Positions 24,832-35,231 of a stretch of DNA of 64,000 nt are shown piece after piece. A program made the translations under genes and the position numbers. Position 1 is the stretch's first letter; each line of letters begins with the position of its first letter. The notes under the pieces are model-generated. The model was given only the letters and a program-made list of their open reading frames with translations, was not told the DNA's origin and made no database searches. This DNA comes from Anaeramoeba ignava BMAN (lineage: Eukaryota; Protista; Anaeramoebae). Location of the stretch: the NCBI GenBank assembly GCA_028826165.1, contig JAPDFW010000099.1, forward strand, positions 62,001 through 126,000, written 5' to 3'.

Positions 24832-26319
24832 ATGACAACTTATTTAAATTTAGAAAAACTTTCAAATGATTTAAAAAATTTATTTCAAAATCAAAATCAA
24901 AATCAAAATCAAAATGAAAAAGAAGAAAAAAGTTATTTTGATTTTGAAATAATTTGTGAACAAAATAAAACTTCATTTAAAACTCATAAATCAATTCTTT
25001 CTTCAAGAAGTGAATATTTTAAATCTCTTTTTAAATCTAAAATGAAAGAATATCAAGAAAATAAATTAATTCTAAAAGATGTTTCAAGTTCAATTCTATC
25101 TTCAATTTTGAATTATTTTTATTCAGGAAAAATTGAAATTAATTCAGAAAATTCAATTCAAATTTTAATTTTTTCATCAAAATATTTAATTGATGAATTG
25201 ATTAATGTTTCTTCAAAATTTATCAAAAATAATTTAGAAATTGAAACTATTGTTGATATTCTTAAATTATCTGATTCAAGAAATCTAACTAAATTATTAG
25301 ATTATTCTTATCGATTTATTTTTGATAATTTTAATGAATTTATTAAAACTCCTTTTTTTCTTGAACTTGAAGAAAATCATTTAAATTTAATATTATCAAA
25401 TGATGAACTTCAAATAAATGAATTTGAAATTTTCCAATCAATAATCAAATGGGGAAAACATAAATCAAATATTAATCAAGAAAAAGAAAATCAAAAACTT
25501 GAAAAAAAAGAAAAAGAAAAAATTCAAGATCAAATTTCAAATATTATTGATAAAATCAGATTTATTACTTTCTCAAATAAAGAACTTGCTAATATATTAA
25601 AAGAAGAATTAATTCCAAATGAAATTTCACAACAATTAATTAAATTACTAATAATCAAAAATCAAGAAAATAAAGAAAGATTAAAACAATTTATTGAAAA
25701 TCAAAATTTATTAATTTTCAAAACAAGAATTGGATTAAATTCATCAACAATAATTCAAGAAAAAGAACATTTTGATAAATTAAAAGAATGGATAAATGAT
25801 GATGAATTCTTTTCCAATATGAAATTAGGATATTCAACTAAAAAAGATGGATTTAATTGTAAAAAATGGCATGATATTTGTGATAATAAAGGAAAAACAT
25901 TAATTATTATCAAAACCAAAGATAATTATATTTTTGGAGGATTTACTTCAATTGGATTTACAAATGATAATTTAAAATGGAGAGAAAAAGATAGAGATTA
26001 TGATAATGGATATATTCCAGATTCAAATGCATTTATTTTCTCATTAAGAAATAATAAAAATAATCGAAAACCTAATAAATTTTCAATTCAAAAAAGAAGA
26101 GAACAAAAAGCTATTTTTTATTATTCAAAATATGGACCAAGTTTTGGAGCAAATGGAGATTTTGATTTAAATTCTATTTTAAAAACTGGTTTTTCAAATT
26201 TTGGAGATACTTACAATCTTCCTGAATATATTCAATTCAATACAAATGAATCTAGAAATTATTTAGCTGGTTCTTTTGATGAATGGGAAGTTGATGAACT
26301 TGAAACTTTTTTTATTTAA
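24832..26319 (+). CDS. BTB-BACK-TLDc protein (tandem family member)
   Basis: MTTYLNLEKLSNDL start; FKTHKSILSSRSEYFKSLF BTB; BACK-like EFEIFQSIIKWG; C-terminal TLDc. Confidence 0.9.
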   Translation: MTTYLNLEKLSNDLKNLFQNQNQNQNQNEKEEKSYFDFEIICEQNKTSFKTHKSILSSRSEYFKSLFKSKMKEYQENKLILKDVSSSILSSILNYFYSGKIEINSENSIQILIFSSKYLIDELINVSSKFIKNNLEIETIVDILKLSDSRNLTKLLDYSYRFIFDNFNEFIKTPFFLELEENHLNLILSNDELQINEFEIFQSIIKWGKHKSNINQEKENQKLEKKEKEKIQDQISNIIDKIRFITFSNKELANILKEELIPNEISQQLIKLLIIKNQENKERLKQFIENQNLLIFKTRIGLNSSTIIQEKEHFDKLKEWINDDEFFSNMKLGYSTKKDGFNCKKWHDICDNKGKTLIIIKTKDNYIFGGFTSIGFTNDNLKWREKDRDYDNGYIPDSNAFIFSLRNNKNNRKPNKFSIQKRREQKAIFYYSKYGPSFGANGDFDLNSILKTGFSNFGDTYNLPEYIQFNTNESRNYLAGSFDEWEVDELETFFI

Positions 26320-26369
26320 ATAAATTTTTAAATAAATTTTTTTCATTTTTTTCATTTTTTATTTCTAAA
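26320..26369 (+). promoter_or_regulatory. Minimal 50-bp intergenic unit: stop-overlapping TAAATAAA followed by a tandem TTTTCATTTT Inr-like motif
   Basis: The same arrangement occurs at 29753-29816 and 31296-31347, and the TTTTCATTTT part on the minus strand at 59192-59239; the motif precedes most ATGs in the window. Confidence 0.55.
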
Positions 26370-27860
26370 ATGACAACTTATTTAAATTTAGAAAAACTTT
26401 CAAATGATTTAAAAAATTTATTTCAAAATCAAAATCAAAATCAAAATCAAAATGAAAAAAAAGAAGAAAGTTATTTTGATTTTGAAATAATTTGTGAACA
26501 AAATAAAAATTCATTTAAAACTCATAAATCAATCCTTTCTTCAAGAAGTGATTATTTTAAATCTCTTTTTAAATCTAAAATGAAAGAATATCAAGAAAAT
26601 AAATTAATTCTAAAAGATGTTTCAAGTTTAATTCTATCTTCAATTTTGAATTATTTTTATTCAGGAAAAATTGAAATTAATTCAGAAAATTCAATTCAAA
26701 TTTTAATTTTTTCATCAAAATATTTAATTGATGAATTAATTAACGTTTCTTCAAAATTTATCAAAAATAATTTAGAAATTGAAACTATTGTTGATATTCT
26801 TAAATTATCTGATTCAATGAACTTAACTAAATTATTAGATTATTCTTATCGATTTATTTTTGATAATTTTAATGAATTTATTAAAACTCCTTTTTTTCTT
26901 GAACTTGAAGAAAATCATTTAAATTCAATATTATTAAATGGTAAAATTTTCTTCAATGAATTTGAAATTTTCCAATCAATAATCAAATGGGGAAAACATA
27001 AATCAAATATTAATCAAGAAAAAGAAAATCAAAAACTTGAAAAAAAAGAAAAAGAAAAAATTCAAGATCAAATTTCAAATATTATTGATAAAATCAGATT
27101 TGTTACTTTCTCAAATAAAGAACTTGCTAATATATTAAAAGAAGAATTAATTCCAAATGAAATTTCACAACAATTAATTAAATTACTAATAATGAAAAAT
27201 CAAGAAAATAAAGAAGAGTTAAAACAATTTATTGAAAATCAAAATTCATTAATTTTCAAAACAAGAATTGGATTAAATTCATCAACAATAATTCAAGAAA
27301 AAGAACATTTTGATAAATTAAAAGAATGGATAAATGATGATGAATTCTTTTCCAATATGAAATTAGGATATTCAAGTAAAAGAGATGGATTTGATTGTAA
27401 AAAATGGCATGATAAAGTTGATAATAAAGGAAAAACATTAATTATTATCAAAACCAAAGATAATTATATTTTTGGAGGATTTACTTCAATTGGATTTACA
27501 AATGATAATTCAAAATGGAGAGAAAAAGATATAAGTAACAAATATGGATATATTCCAGATTAAAATGCATTTATTTTCTCATTAAGAAATGATAAAAATA
27601 ATCGAAAACCAAAGAAATTTTCAATTAAATCAGGAAAAGAACAAAAAGCTATTTTTTATGATTATTCAGATTTTGGTCCAAGTTTTGGAAGAAATGGAGA
27701 TTTTTCATTAAATTTTAATTTACAAAATGGTCGTTCAAATTTTGGAGATACTTATAATCTTCCTAAAGGTATTGAATATAAAACAAATGAATCTCAAAGT
27801 TATTTAGCTGGTTCTTTTGATAAATGGGAAATTGATGAACTTGAAAGTTTTTTCATTTAA
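26370..27860 (+). pseudogene. BTB-BACK-TLDc paralog with an in-frame TAA at 27561-27563 where paralogs have TCA/Ser
   Basis: The reading frame continues after the TAA (NAFIFSLRND...ELESFFI*) to a stop at 27858-27860. Confidence 0.65.
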
Positions 27861-27934
27861 AAAATTTTTTTTTAAATTTTTTTTTTCATTTTTTTCTTTT
27901 TTATTTTTTTTTTCAAAAACAATCAATCAAAATT

Positions 27935-29752
27935 ATGCAAATTAAAACAGAAGATCAACAAAAAGTAATAAATAATCTCATTCAAAACTATTCAAATCTT
28001 TTTAAAGAAAGTCCATTCAATGATTTTTCTATTTTTGTGAGAAAAAACAAATCTTTTGAGTTTAAAGTTCATAAATCCATTTTATTTTCAAGATCTCCTT
28101 TTTTTCAAAAATTTTTTAAAGATAATAAAGAAAGCAAGAAAATCGAGTTTCCAAATTTTAAAAAATCTTCAATGGAATCCATTTTAAAATATATTTATTT
28201 TGGAGAGATTTCTTTTGAAAATGAAAAAAATCTGTTTCAAATTGTAGACATTTCCCAAAAATTCGAGTTGAATATTTTATCAAAAATTATTCGGAAAAAG
28301 ATTCAAAATCGAATTAGAAAATTTGATTATCCAAATGGAAATATAAATGAAAATATAAAAGGAAATATAAAGAAATATAAAAGAAAATACAAATGGAAAT
28401 ATAAATGGAAATACAAATGGAAATCCAAATGGAAATATAAAAGAAAATATAAAAGGAAATATAAATGGAAATATAAATGAAAATATAAAAGAAAATATAA
28501 AAGAAAATATAAATGGGAATATAAATGGAAATATAAAAGAAAATGAAAATGAAAATATAAAAGAAAATATAAAAGAAAATATAAAAGAAAATATAAATTG
28601 AAAAACAAAAATCAAATTATCAATTGAGAAAATAAACAGAAAAAAAGAAAATGAAAATGAAAATGATCCAAAAATTGAAAAATGAAAAAAAATCAAATTG
28701 AAAATGAAAATAAATACAAAATGAAAATGAAAATGAAAATGAAAATGAAAATGAAAATGAAAATGAAAATGAAAATGAAGTTTTGAAGGATGAAATTAGC
28801 AAGAAAACCAACGAAAATGAATATTTGAAAAATGAACTTTTAAATCAAGAAAAACAAATCACAAAATTAAAAAATCACATTTCAAAATTAAATCAAAATC
28901 TTGAAGATTGGAAAAATAAAAAATTAGAGCCTCCTCAAGTTATTGAATATTGGCAACAAAATTTAAAGGAAAAGGTTCAAATTTTGTATAAACACGAAAA
29001 AAAGATTCAAGATAATTGGAACATAGAAATCCAAAAACTCCAAAATAAAGCTCAACAAATCAAAAGAGAACATTGGATGCAACATATTGAAGAACTTAAG
29101 AAAACAATTTCGAAATTGCGACCGAATCAAGATTTCCATCAATTTTTTGAAATTTTCATCAATTCAGAAATTAGTGAATCAAATATTCTTCAAAATTTTC
29201 AACATGTTATCAAACTTCATAAATGGATAAATGATAATGATTTTTTTTCCAATATGAAAAAGGGATATTCAACTAAAAAAGATGGATTTAATTGTAAAAA
29301 ATGGCATGATATTTGTGATAATAAAGGAAAAACATTGGTTATTATCAAAAACAACTGATAATTTTATTTTTGGAGGATTTACTTCAATTGGATTTACAAC
29401 TGATAAATCAAAATGGAGTGGAATTTATCCAAAAAAGGATTTTGATTATATAAAAGATAAAAATGCATTTATTTTCTCATTAAGAAATGATAAAAATGAT
29501 CGAAAACCTAATAAATTTTCAATTCAAAAAGGAAAAGAACAATATGCTCTTTATTATTTTTATTCAGATCGTGGTCCTATTTTTGGTGCTAGTTTTTGGT
29601 TAAATTCTAATTTACAACCTGGTAATTCAAATTTTGGATATATTTACAATCTTCCTAAAGGTATTAAATATGGTACAAATGAATCTAAAAGTTATTTAGC
29701 TGGTTCTTGTGATGAATGGGAAGTTGATGAACTTGAAACTTTTTTTATTTAA
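27935..29752 (+). CDS. BTB + low-complexity/coiled-coil + TLDc protein; several apparent indels
   Basis: FKVHKSILFSRSPFF BTB (27935..), NIKE repeats, coiled coil (28783..), TLDc split across ORFs 28783 and 29282 by a shift near 29350. Confidence 0.75.
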
Positions 29753-29816
29753 TAAAAATTTTAAATAAAATTTTTTAATAATTTTTTTCATTTTTTTCAT
29801 TTTTTTCATTTTTAAA

Positions 29817-31295
29817 ATGACAACTTATTTAAATTTAAAAAAACTTTCAAATGATTTAAAAAATTTATTTCAAAATCAAAATCAAAATCAAAATCAAAAA
29901 GAAGAAGAAAGTTATTTTGATTTTGAAATAATTTGTGAACAAAATAAAACTTCATTTAAAACTCATAAATCAATTCTTTCTTCAAGAAGTGAATATTTTA
30001 AATCTCTTTTCAAATCTAAAATGAAAGAATATCAAGAAAATAAATTAATTCTAAAAGATGTTTCAAGTTCAATTCTATCTTCAATTTTGAATTATTTTTA
30101 TTCAGGAAAAATTGAAATTAATTTAGAAAATGCAATTCAAATTTTAATTTTTTCATCAAAATATTTAATTGATGAATTAATTAATGTTTCTTCAAAATTT
30201 ATCAAAAATAATTTAGAATTTGAAACTGTTGTTGATATTCTTAAATCATCTGATTCAAGAAATCTAACTAAATTAATAGATTATTCTTATCAATTTATTT
30301 TTGATAATTTTAATGAATTTATTAAAACTCCTTTTTTTCTTGAACTTGAAGAAAATCATTTAAATTTAATATTATCAAATGGTGAAATTCAAATAAATGA
30401 ATTTGAACTTTTTCAATCAATAATCAAATGGGGAAAACATAAATCAAATATTAATCAAGAAAAAGAAAATCAAAAACTTGAAAAAAAAGAAAAAGAAAAA
30501 ATTCAAGATCAAATTTCAAATATTATTGATAAAATCAGATTTGTTACTTTCTCGAATAAAGAAATTGCAGATACTTTACAAGAAGAATTAATTCCAAATG
30601 AAATTTCACAACAATTAATGAAATTATTAATAATGAAAACTCAAAAAAATAAAGAAAAATTAAACCAATTTATTGAAAAACAAAATTCATTAATTTTCAA
30701 AACAAGAATGAAATTTAATTCAACAATAATTCAAGAAAAAGAACATTTTGATAAATTAGAAGAATGGATAAATGATAATGAATTTTTTTCCAATATGAAA
30801 TTGGGATATTCAGCTAAAAAAGATGGATTTAATTGTAAAAAATGGCATGATACTTGTGATAATAAAGGAAAAACATTGGTTATTATCAAAACCAAAAATA
30901 ATTATATTTTTGGAGGATTTACTTTAATTGGATTTACAAATGATAATTCAAAATGGAATGAAAAATATATAAATAAGGGATATGGATATATTCCAGATTC
31001 AAATGCATTTATTTTCTCATTAAGAAATGATAAAAATAATCGAAATCCTAATAAATTTTCAATTCAAGCAGGAAGAGAACAATATGCTATTGAATATGAT
31101 TATTCAGATTGTGGTCCAAGTTTTGGAGATGGAGATTTTGATTTAAATTCTAATTTAAAACATGGTTTTTCAAATTTTGGTAATACTTACAATCTTCCTG
31201 AAGGTATTGAATATAAAACAGATGAATCTCAAAGTTATTTAGCTGGTTCTTTTGATAAATGGGAAGTTGATGAACTTGAAACTTTTTTTATTTAA
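29817..31295 (+). CDS. BTB-BACK-TLDc protein
   Basis: Intact 492-aa paralog. Confidence 0.9.
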   Translation: MTTYLNLKKLSNDLKNLFQNQNQNQNQKEEESYFDFEIICEQNKTSFKTHKSILSSRSEYFKSLFKSKMKEYQENKLILKDVSSSILSSILNYFYSGKIEINLENAIQILIFSSKYLIDELINVSSKFIKNNLEFETVVDILKSSDSRNLTKLIDYSYQFIFDNFNEFIKTPFFLELEENHLNLILSNGEIQINEFELFQSIIKWGKHKSNINQEKENQKLEKKEKEKIQDQISNIIDKIRFVTFSNKEIADTLQEELIPNEISQQLMKLLIMKTQKNKEKLNQFIEKQNSLIFKTRMKFNSTIIQEKEHFDKLEEWINDNEFFSNMKLGYSAKKDGFNCKKWHDTCDNKGKTLVIIKTKNNYIFGGFTLIGFTNDNSKWNEKYINKGYGYIPDSNAFIFSLRNDKNNRNPNKFSIQAGREQYAIEYDYSDCGPSFGDGDFDLNSNLKHGFSNFGNTYNLPEGIEYKTDESQSYLAGSFDKWEVDELETFFI

Positions 31296-31347
31296 ATAAA
31301 AATTTTAAATAAATTTTTTTCATTTTTTTCATTTTTTCATTTTTAAA

Positions 31348-32835
31348 ATGACAACTTATTTAAATTTAGAAAAACTTTCAAATGATTTAAAAAATTTATT
31401 TCAAAATCAAAATCAAAATCAAAATCAAAATGAAAAAGAAGAAAGTTATTTTGATTTTGAAATAATTTGTGAACAAAATAAAACTTCATTTAAAACTCAT
31501 AAATCAATTCTTTCTTCAAGAAGTCAATATTTTAAATCTCTTTTTAAATCTAAAATGAAAGAATATCAAGAAAATAAATTAATTCTAAAAGATGTTTCAA
31601 GTTCAATTCTATCTTCAATTTTGAATTATTTTTATTCAGGAAAAATTGAAATTAATTCAGAAAATGCAATTGAAATTTTAATTTTTTCATCAAAATATTT
31701 AATTGATGAATTAATTAACGTTTCTTCAAAATTTATCAAAAATAATTTACAAATTGAAACTATTGTTGATATTCTTAAATTATCTGATTCAAGAAATCTA
31801 ACTCAATTAATAGATTATTCTTATCGATTTATTTTTGATAATTTTAATGAATTTATTAAAACTCCTTTTTTTCTTGAACTTGAAGAAAATCATTTAAATT
31901 TAATATTATTAAATGATGAACTTTTCTTAAATGAATTTGAACTTTTCCAATCAATAATCAAATGGGGAAAACATAAATCAAATATTAATCAAGAAAAAGA
32001 AAATGAAAAACTTGAAAAAAAAGAAAAAGAAAAAATTCAAGATCAAATTTCAAATATTATTGATAAAATCAGATTTATTGATTTCTCAAAAGAAGAAATT
32101 GCAGATACTTTACAAGAAGAATTAATTCCAAATGAAATTTCACAACAATTAATGAAATTACTAATAATTAAAACTCAAGAAAATGAAGAAAAATTAAACC
32201 AATTTATTGAAAATCAAAATTTATTAATTTTCAAAACAAGAATTGGATTAAATTCTTCAACAATAATTCAAGAAAAAGAACATTTCAATAAATTAGAAGA
32301 ATGGATAAATGATAATGGATTCTTTTACAATATGAAATTAGGATATTCAGCTAAAAAAGATGGATTTAATTGTAAAAAATGGCATGATATTTGTGATAAT
32401 AAAGGAAAAACATTAATTATTATCAAAACCAAAAATAATTATATTTTTGGAGGATTTACTTCAATTGGATTTACAAATGATAATTCAAAATGGAGAGAAA
32501 AAGATATCAATAAAGAAAATGGATATATTCCAGATTCAAATGCATTTATTTTCTCATTAAGAAATGATAAAAATAATCGAAATCCTAATAAATTTTCAAT
32601 TCAAGCAAGAAGAGAACAATATGCTATTTTTTATTATTATTCAGAATTTGGACCAACTTTTGGATTAAATGGAAATTTTTCATTAGGTTCTAATTTAAAA
32701 TATGGTTTTACAAATTTTGGTAATACTTACAATCTTCCTGAATATATTCAATATGATACATATGAATCTCAAAGTTATTTAGCTGGTTCTTATGATGAAT
32801 GGGAAGTTGATGAACTTGAAACTTTTTTCATTTAA
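31348..32835 (+). CDS. BTB-BACK-TLDc protein
   Basis: Intact 495-aa paralog. Confidence 0.9.
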   Translation: MTTYLNLEKLSNDLKNLFQNQNQNQNQNEKEESYFDFEIICEQNKTSFKTHKSILSSRSQYFKSLFKSKMKEYQENKLILKDVSSSILSSILNYFYSGKIEINSENAIEILIFSSKYLIDELINVSSKFIKNNLQIETIVDILKLSDSRNLTQLIDYSYRFIFDNFNEFIKTPFFLELEENHLNLILLNDELFLNEFELFQSIIKWGKHKSNINQEKENEKLEKKEKEKIQDQISNIIDKIRFIDFSKEEIADTLQEELIPNEISQQLMKLLIIKTQENEEKLNQFIENQNLLIFKTRIGLNSSTIIQEKEHFNKLEEWINDNGFFYNMKLGYSAKKDGFNCKKWHDICDNKGKTLIIIKTKNNYIFGGFTSIGFTNDNSKWREKDINKENGYIPDSNAFIFSLRNDKNNRNPNKFSIQARREQYAIFYYYSEFGPTFGLNGNFSLGSNLKYGFTNFGNTYNLPEYIQYDTYESQSYLAGSYDEWEVDELETFFI

Positions 32836-33026
32836 TAAAAATTTTAAATAAAGAAACTATTCTAAATTATTCTTTATTTCCCAAAAAAATATCTTCTTTT
32901 AAAAAAGCAAAAAAAAAAAAAATGAACCAATCATGATTGTATTTAGATTTGATTTTATCAAACAAATACAACTAATCAACCAATAAGTTTGAAGAAAGTG
33001 TAAAAAAAAAAAGGAGCAAATGAGGA

Positions 33027-34296
33027 TCAATCCCACAAATAAACTCTTTGTTGCAAAAAATCATAAACTTTCCATTTCAAATCTTGTTCATCAAGAATCA
33101 AAGAAATAATATAAGTTGCATTTAAAACAAAATATTTAGAATCAGAATTTTGTGAATTTTTTTGGTTTTTGGTCTTCATTTTATGGATTTCATCCGCAGT
33201 GAAAATAAAGGTCAAAAGCGGCTGTTTATTTTCCATTGTTGCAGAATAAAACTCAAGATTGCGGAAATCCATTATTTTTTTTTGCAAAATTTTTCCCGAT
33301 TTCTTTTCGGATTCAATAAACGATTTGACAATATTTTTTCCTCGTTCAGAAAGCAAATCCTTAATTGGAACGAGATTATAATCCAAAAAATGGTTGATAA
33401 ATCGAGGAAGAATTTGGCTTTCAAATTGATCCATAAACACTTCAATTCTAAAATTTGGATGATATTTTCTGATATACTTCAAACTAACAGCAATATCATT
33501 TTCGCGCAAAATAAACCTGCTTGATTTCCTTATTACAGCGCGCATTTCTGATGGAATTCTTATAAAATACTTGATTAATTTTGAATAAATTTTTTCAGAC
33601 TTTTCCAATTTGTAGAAAATATTATTTTTGATCCAAATTCCAGTTGGTTGCGGTATTTTCATTAATCCGCCTGTTTTTTCTTTCACAACAACATCTTGCG
33701 AGTAATTATTGCCGAATATTTGTTGTTGTTCTCGATCCAAATCTTGAGAAATTAAAACAAACAATTTGGATACTGACGTCGATATTGGATTGTGAAATAT
33801 CACTTTCGAAGTCATATTTGTTAATGCAAGTGGAACTCGAATTAAAAGCGAGTTTTTCTCTCTCGCAATTTTTATGCGCGTCGATATAAAGTCGATGGGT
33901 ATGTTTATGATTTTCAGTGACTGTTTACTTGCAAATTGAATTGGAGTTAAAATTATTTTTTTTGATTCGTTAATTCCTTTTGTCACTAAATTGCTCGCTT
34001 TTTTGATCGCTTTCACTGTTTTTCTTTGCTTGAATTTCTTTAATTGTGTTTGTATCTCTTCATCCTAAACAAAGAAGTTTTTTTTTTCAGTTAAAAATTC
34101 ATTTAAATTTTCACTTGAAAATTTTTTGTTTTTTTTTTTTTACTTTTTCAATTTTTCTTTCAATTTTGCTCATTAATCCTGACCACATTGTAATATTTCT
34201 TACTTGTATTTCTTGTCCAGATAAATTGAGTGTTGTAAAAATATGGAGTGATTGATATTTAACTGCGATATTTGAAGATAAACTGAAAAAAGTCAT
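33027..34296 (-). CDS. TIM44: Tim44-like inner-membrane import motor tether; exons 34296-34144 and 34064-33027
   Basis: C-terminal IRKYHPNFRIEVFMDQFESQILPRFINHFL...KIMDFRNLEF...QPLLTFIFTADEI...WKVYDF aligns with the Tim44 C-domain; phase-0 GT-AG intron; presequence-like N-terminus. Confidence 0.7.
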
Positions 34297-34373
34297 TTTA
34301 TATTATTTTAAAAATTAAAAAAAAATAAAAAATTTTTTTCATTTTTTTTCATTTTTTTTAAAAAAAATTTTTA

Positions 34374-34656
34374 ATGGTATTTTTTTTTTCTTTCAAGAAA
34401 TTTTTGAGTTTATTTTATTTTGTATTTATTTCTTTGTTTATTTTAGGATTTTTTCGGTCAATATTATGCATATTTGTTTTTTCGATTGATTGTTATTATT
34501 GGTTCTTTATTAGGAATTTTAATAGGATTTTTAATACAAAGTTATAAAGCAACTATTTATATTTATATAGGTTCAATATTTTTAGCTGGTTTATTATGTT
34601 CTCCTAATTGGCCAATTTGGAATAAACATCCTTTAAATTTCAAAAAGAAGAATTAA
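34374..34656 (+). CDS. SPCS1: Signal peptidase complex subunit 1 (SPC12); the first coding exon is only ATG (34374-34376), exon 2 is 34447-34656
   Basis: M|DFFGQ...two TM segments...PNWPIWNKHPLNF matches SPC12 (MDYKGQ...PPWPIYRRHPLKW). Confidence 0.88.
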
Positions 34657-34664
34657 ACTCACAA

Positions 34665-35220
34665 TTTAAAAAAGAAATTTAATAAGAAATTCAAAAATAA
34701 AATTTAAAATAATTTAATAAGAAATTCAATAAGAAATTTAAAAATAAAATTTAAAAATAAAATTTAATAAAAATGAAATTTAAAATGAAATTCAAAAATG
34801 AAATTCAAAATTCAAAAGAAATTCAAAAATGAAATTTAAGAAAAAAAAAAATTTAAAATAAAAAAAATTTAAAAGAAATTTAAAAAGAAATTTAAAATAA
34901 AAGAAGAATTTAAAAAATGAAATTTAAAATAAAATTCAATAAGAAATTCAAAAAGAAATTTAAAATAATTTAATAAGAAATTTAAAATAATTTCAAAAAT
35001 AAAATTTAAAAATGAAATTCAAAAAGAAAATTTAAAAAAAAATTTAAAATAATTTAAAAGAAAAATTAAAATTTAAAATGAAATTCAAAATAACATTTAA
35101 AATGAAATTCAAAAAGAAATTCAAAATAAAATTTAAAAAGAAATTCAAATTAAAATTTAAAATGAAATTCAAAATAAAATTCAAAAATAAAATTTAAATT
35201 AAATCCAAAAAAGAAATTTT
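34665..35220. repeat. Degenerate ~12-mer (AAGAAATTTAAA / AATGAAATTCAA) repeat between convergent genes
   Basis: Tandem units; the core is the reverse complement of the 8150-8655 unit. Confidence 0.75.
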
Positions 35221-35231
35221 CATTTTCAAAT

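Noticed and set aside
27561-27563. TAA reassignment (alternative genetic code)
   Set aside because: TAA, TGA and TAG all end genes normally here; only one in-frame TAA was seen, and it aligns with Ser (TCA), not Gln.
24832-32835. Diversity-generating retroelement behind TLDc variability
   Set aside because: No reverse transcriptase or separate template repeat in the window, and the differences are not obviously adenine-specific.
34374-34376. SPCS1 ATG-only exon as another 3-nt micro-exon
   Set aside because: It is a first exon that includes 5' UTR; ATG|intron starts are common.
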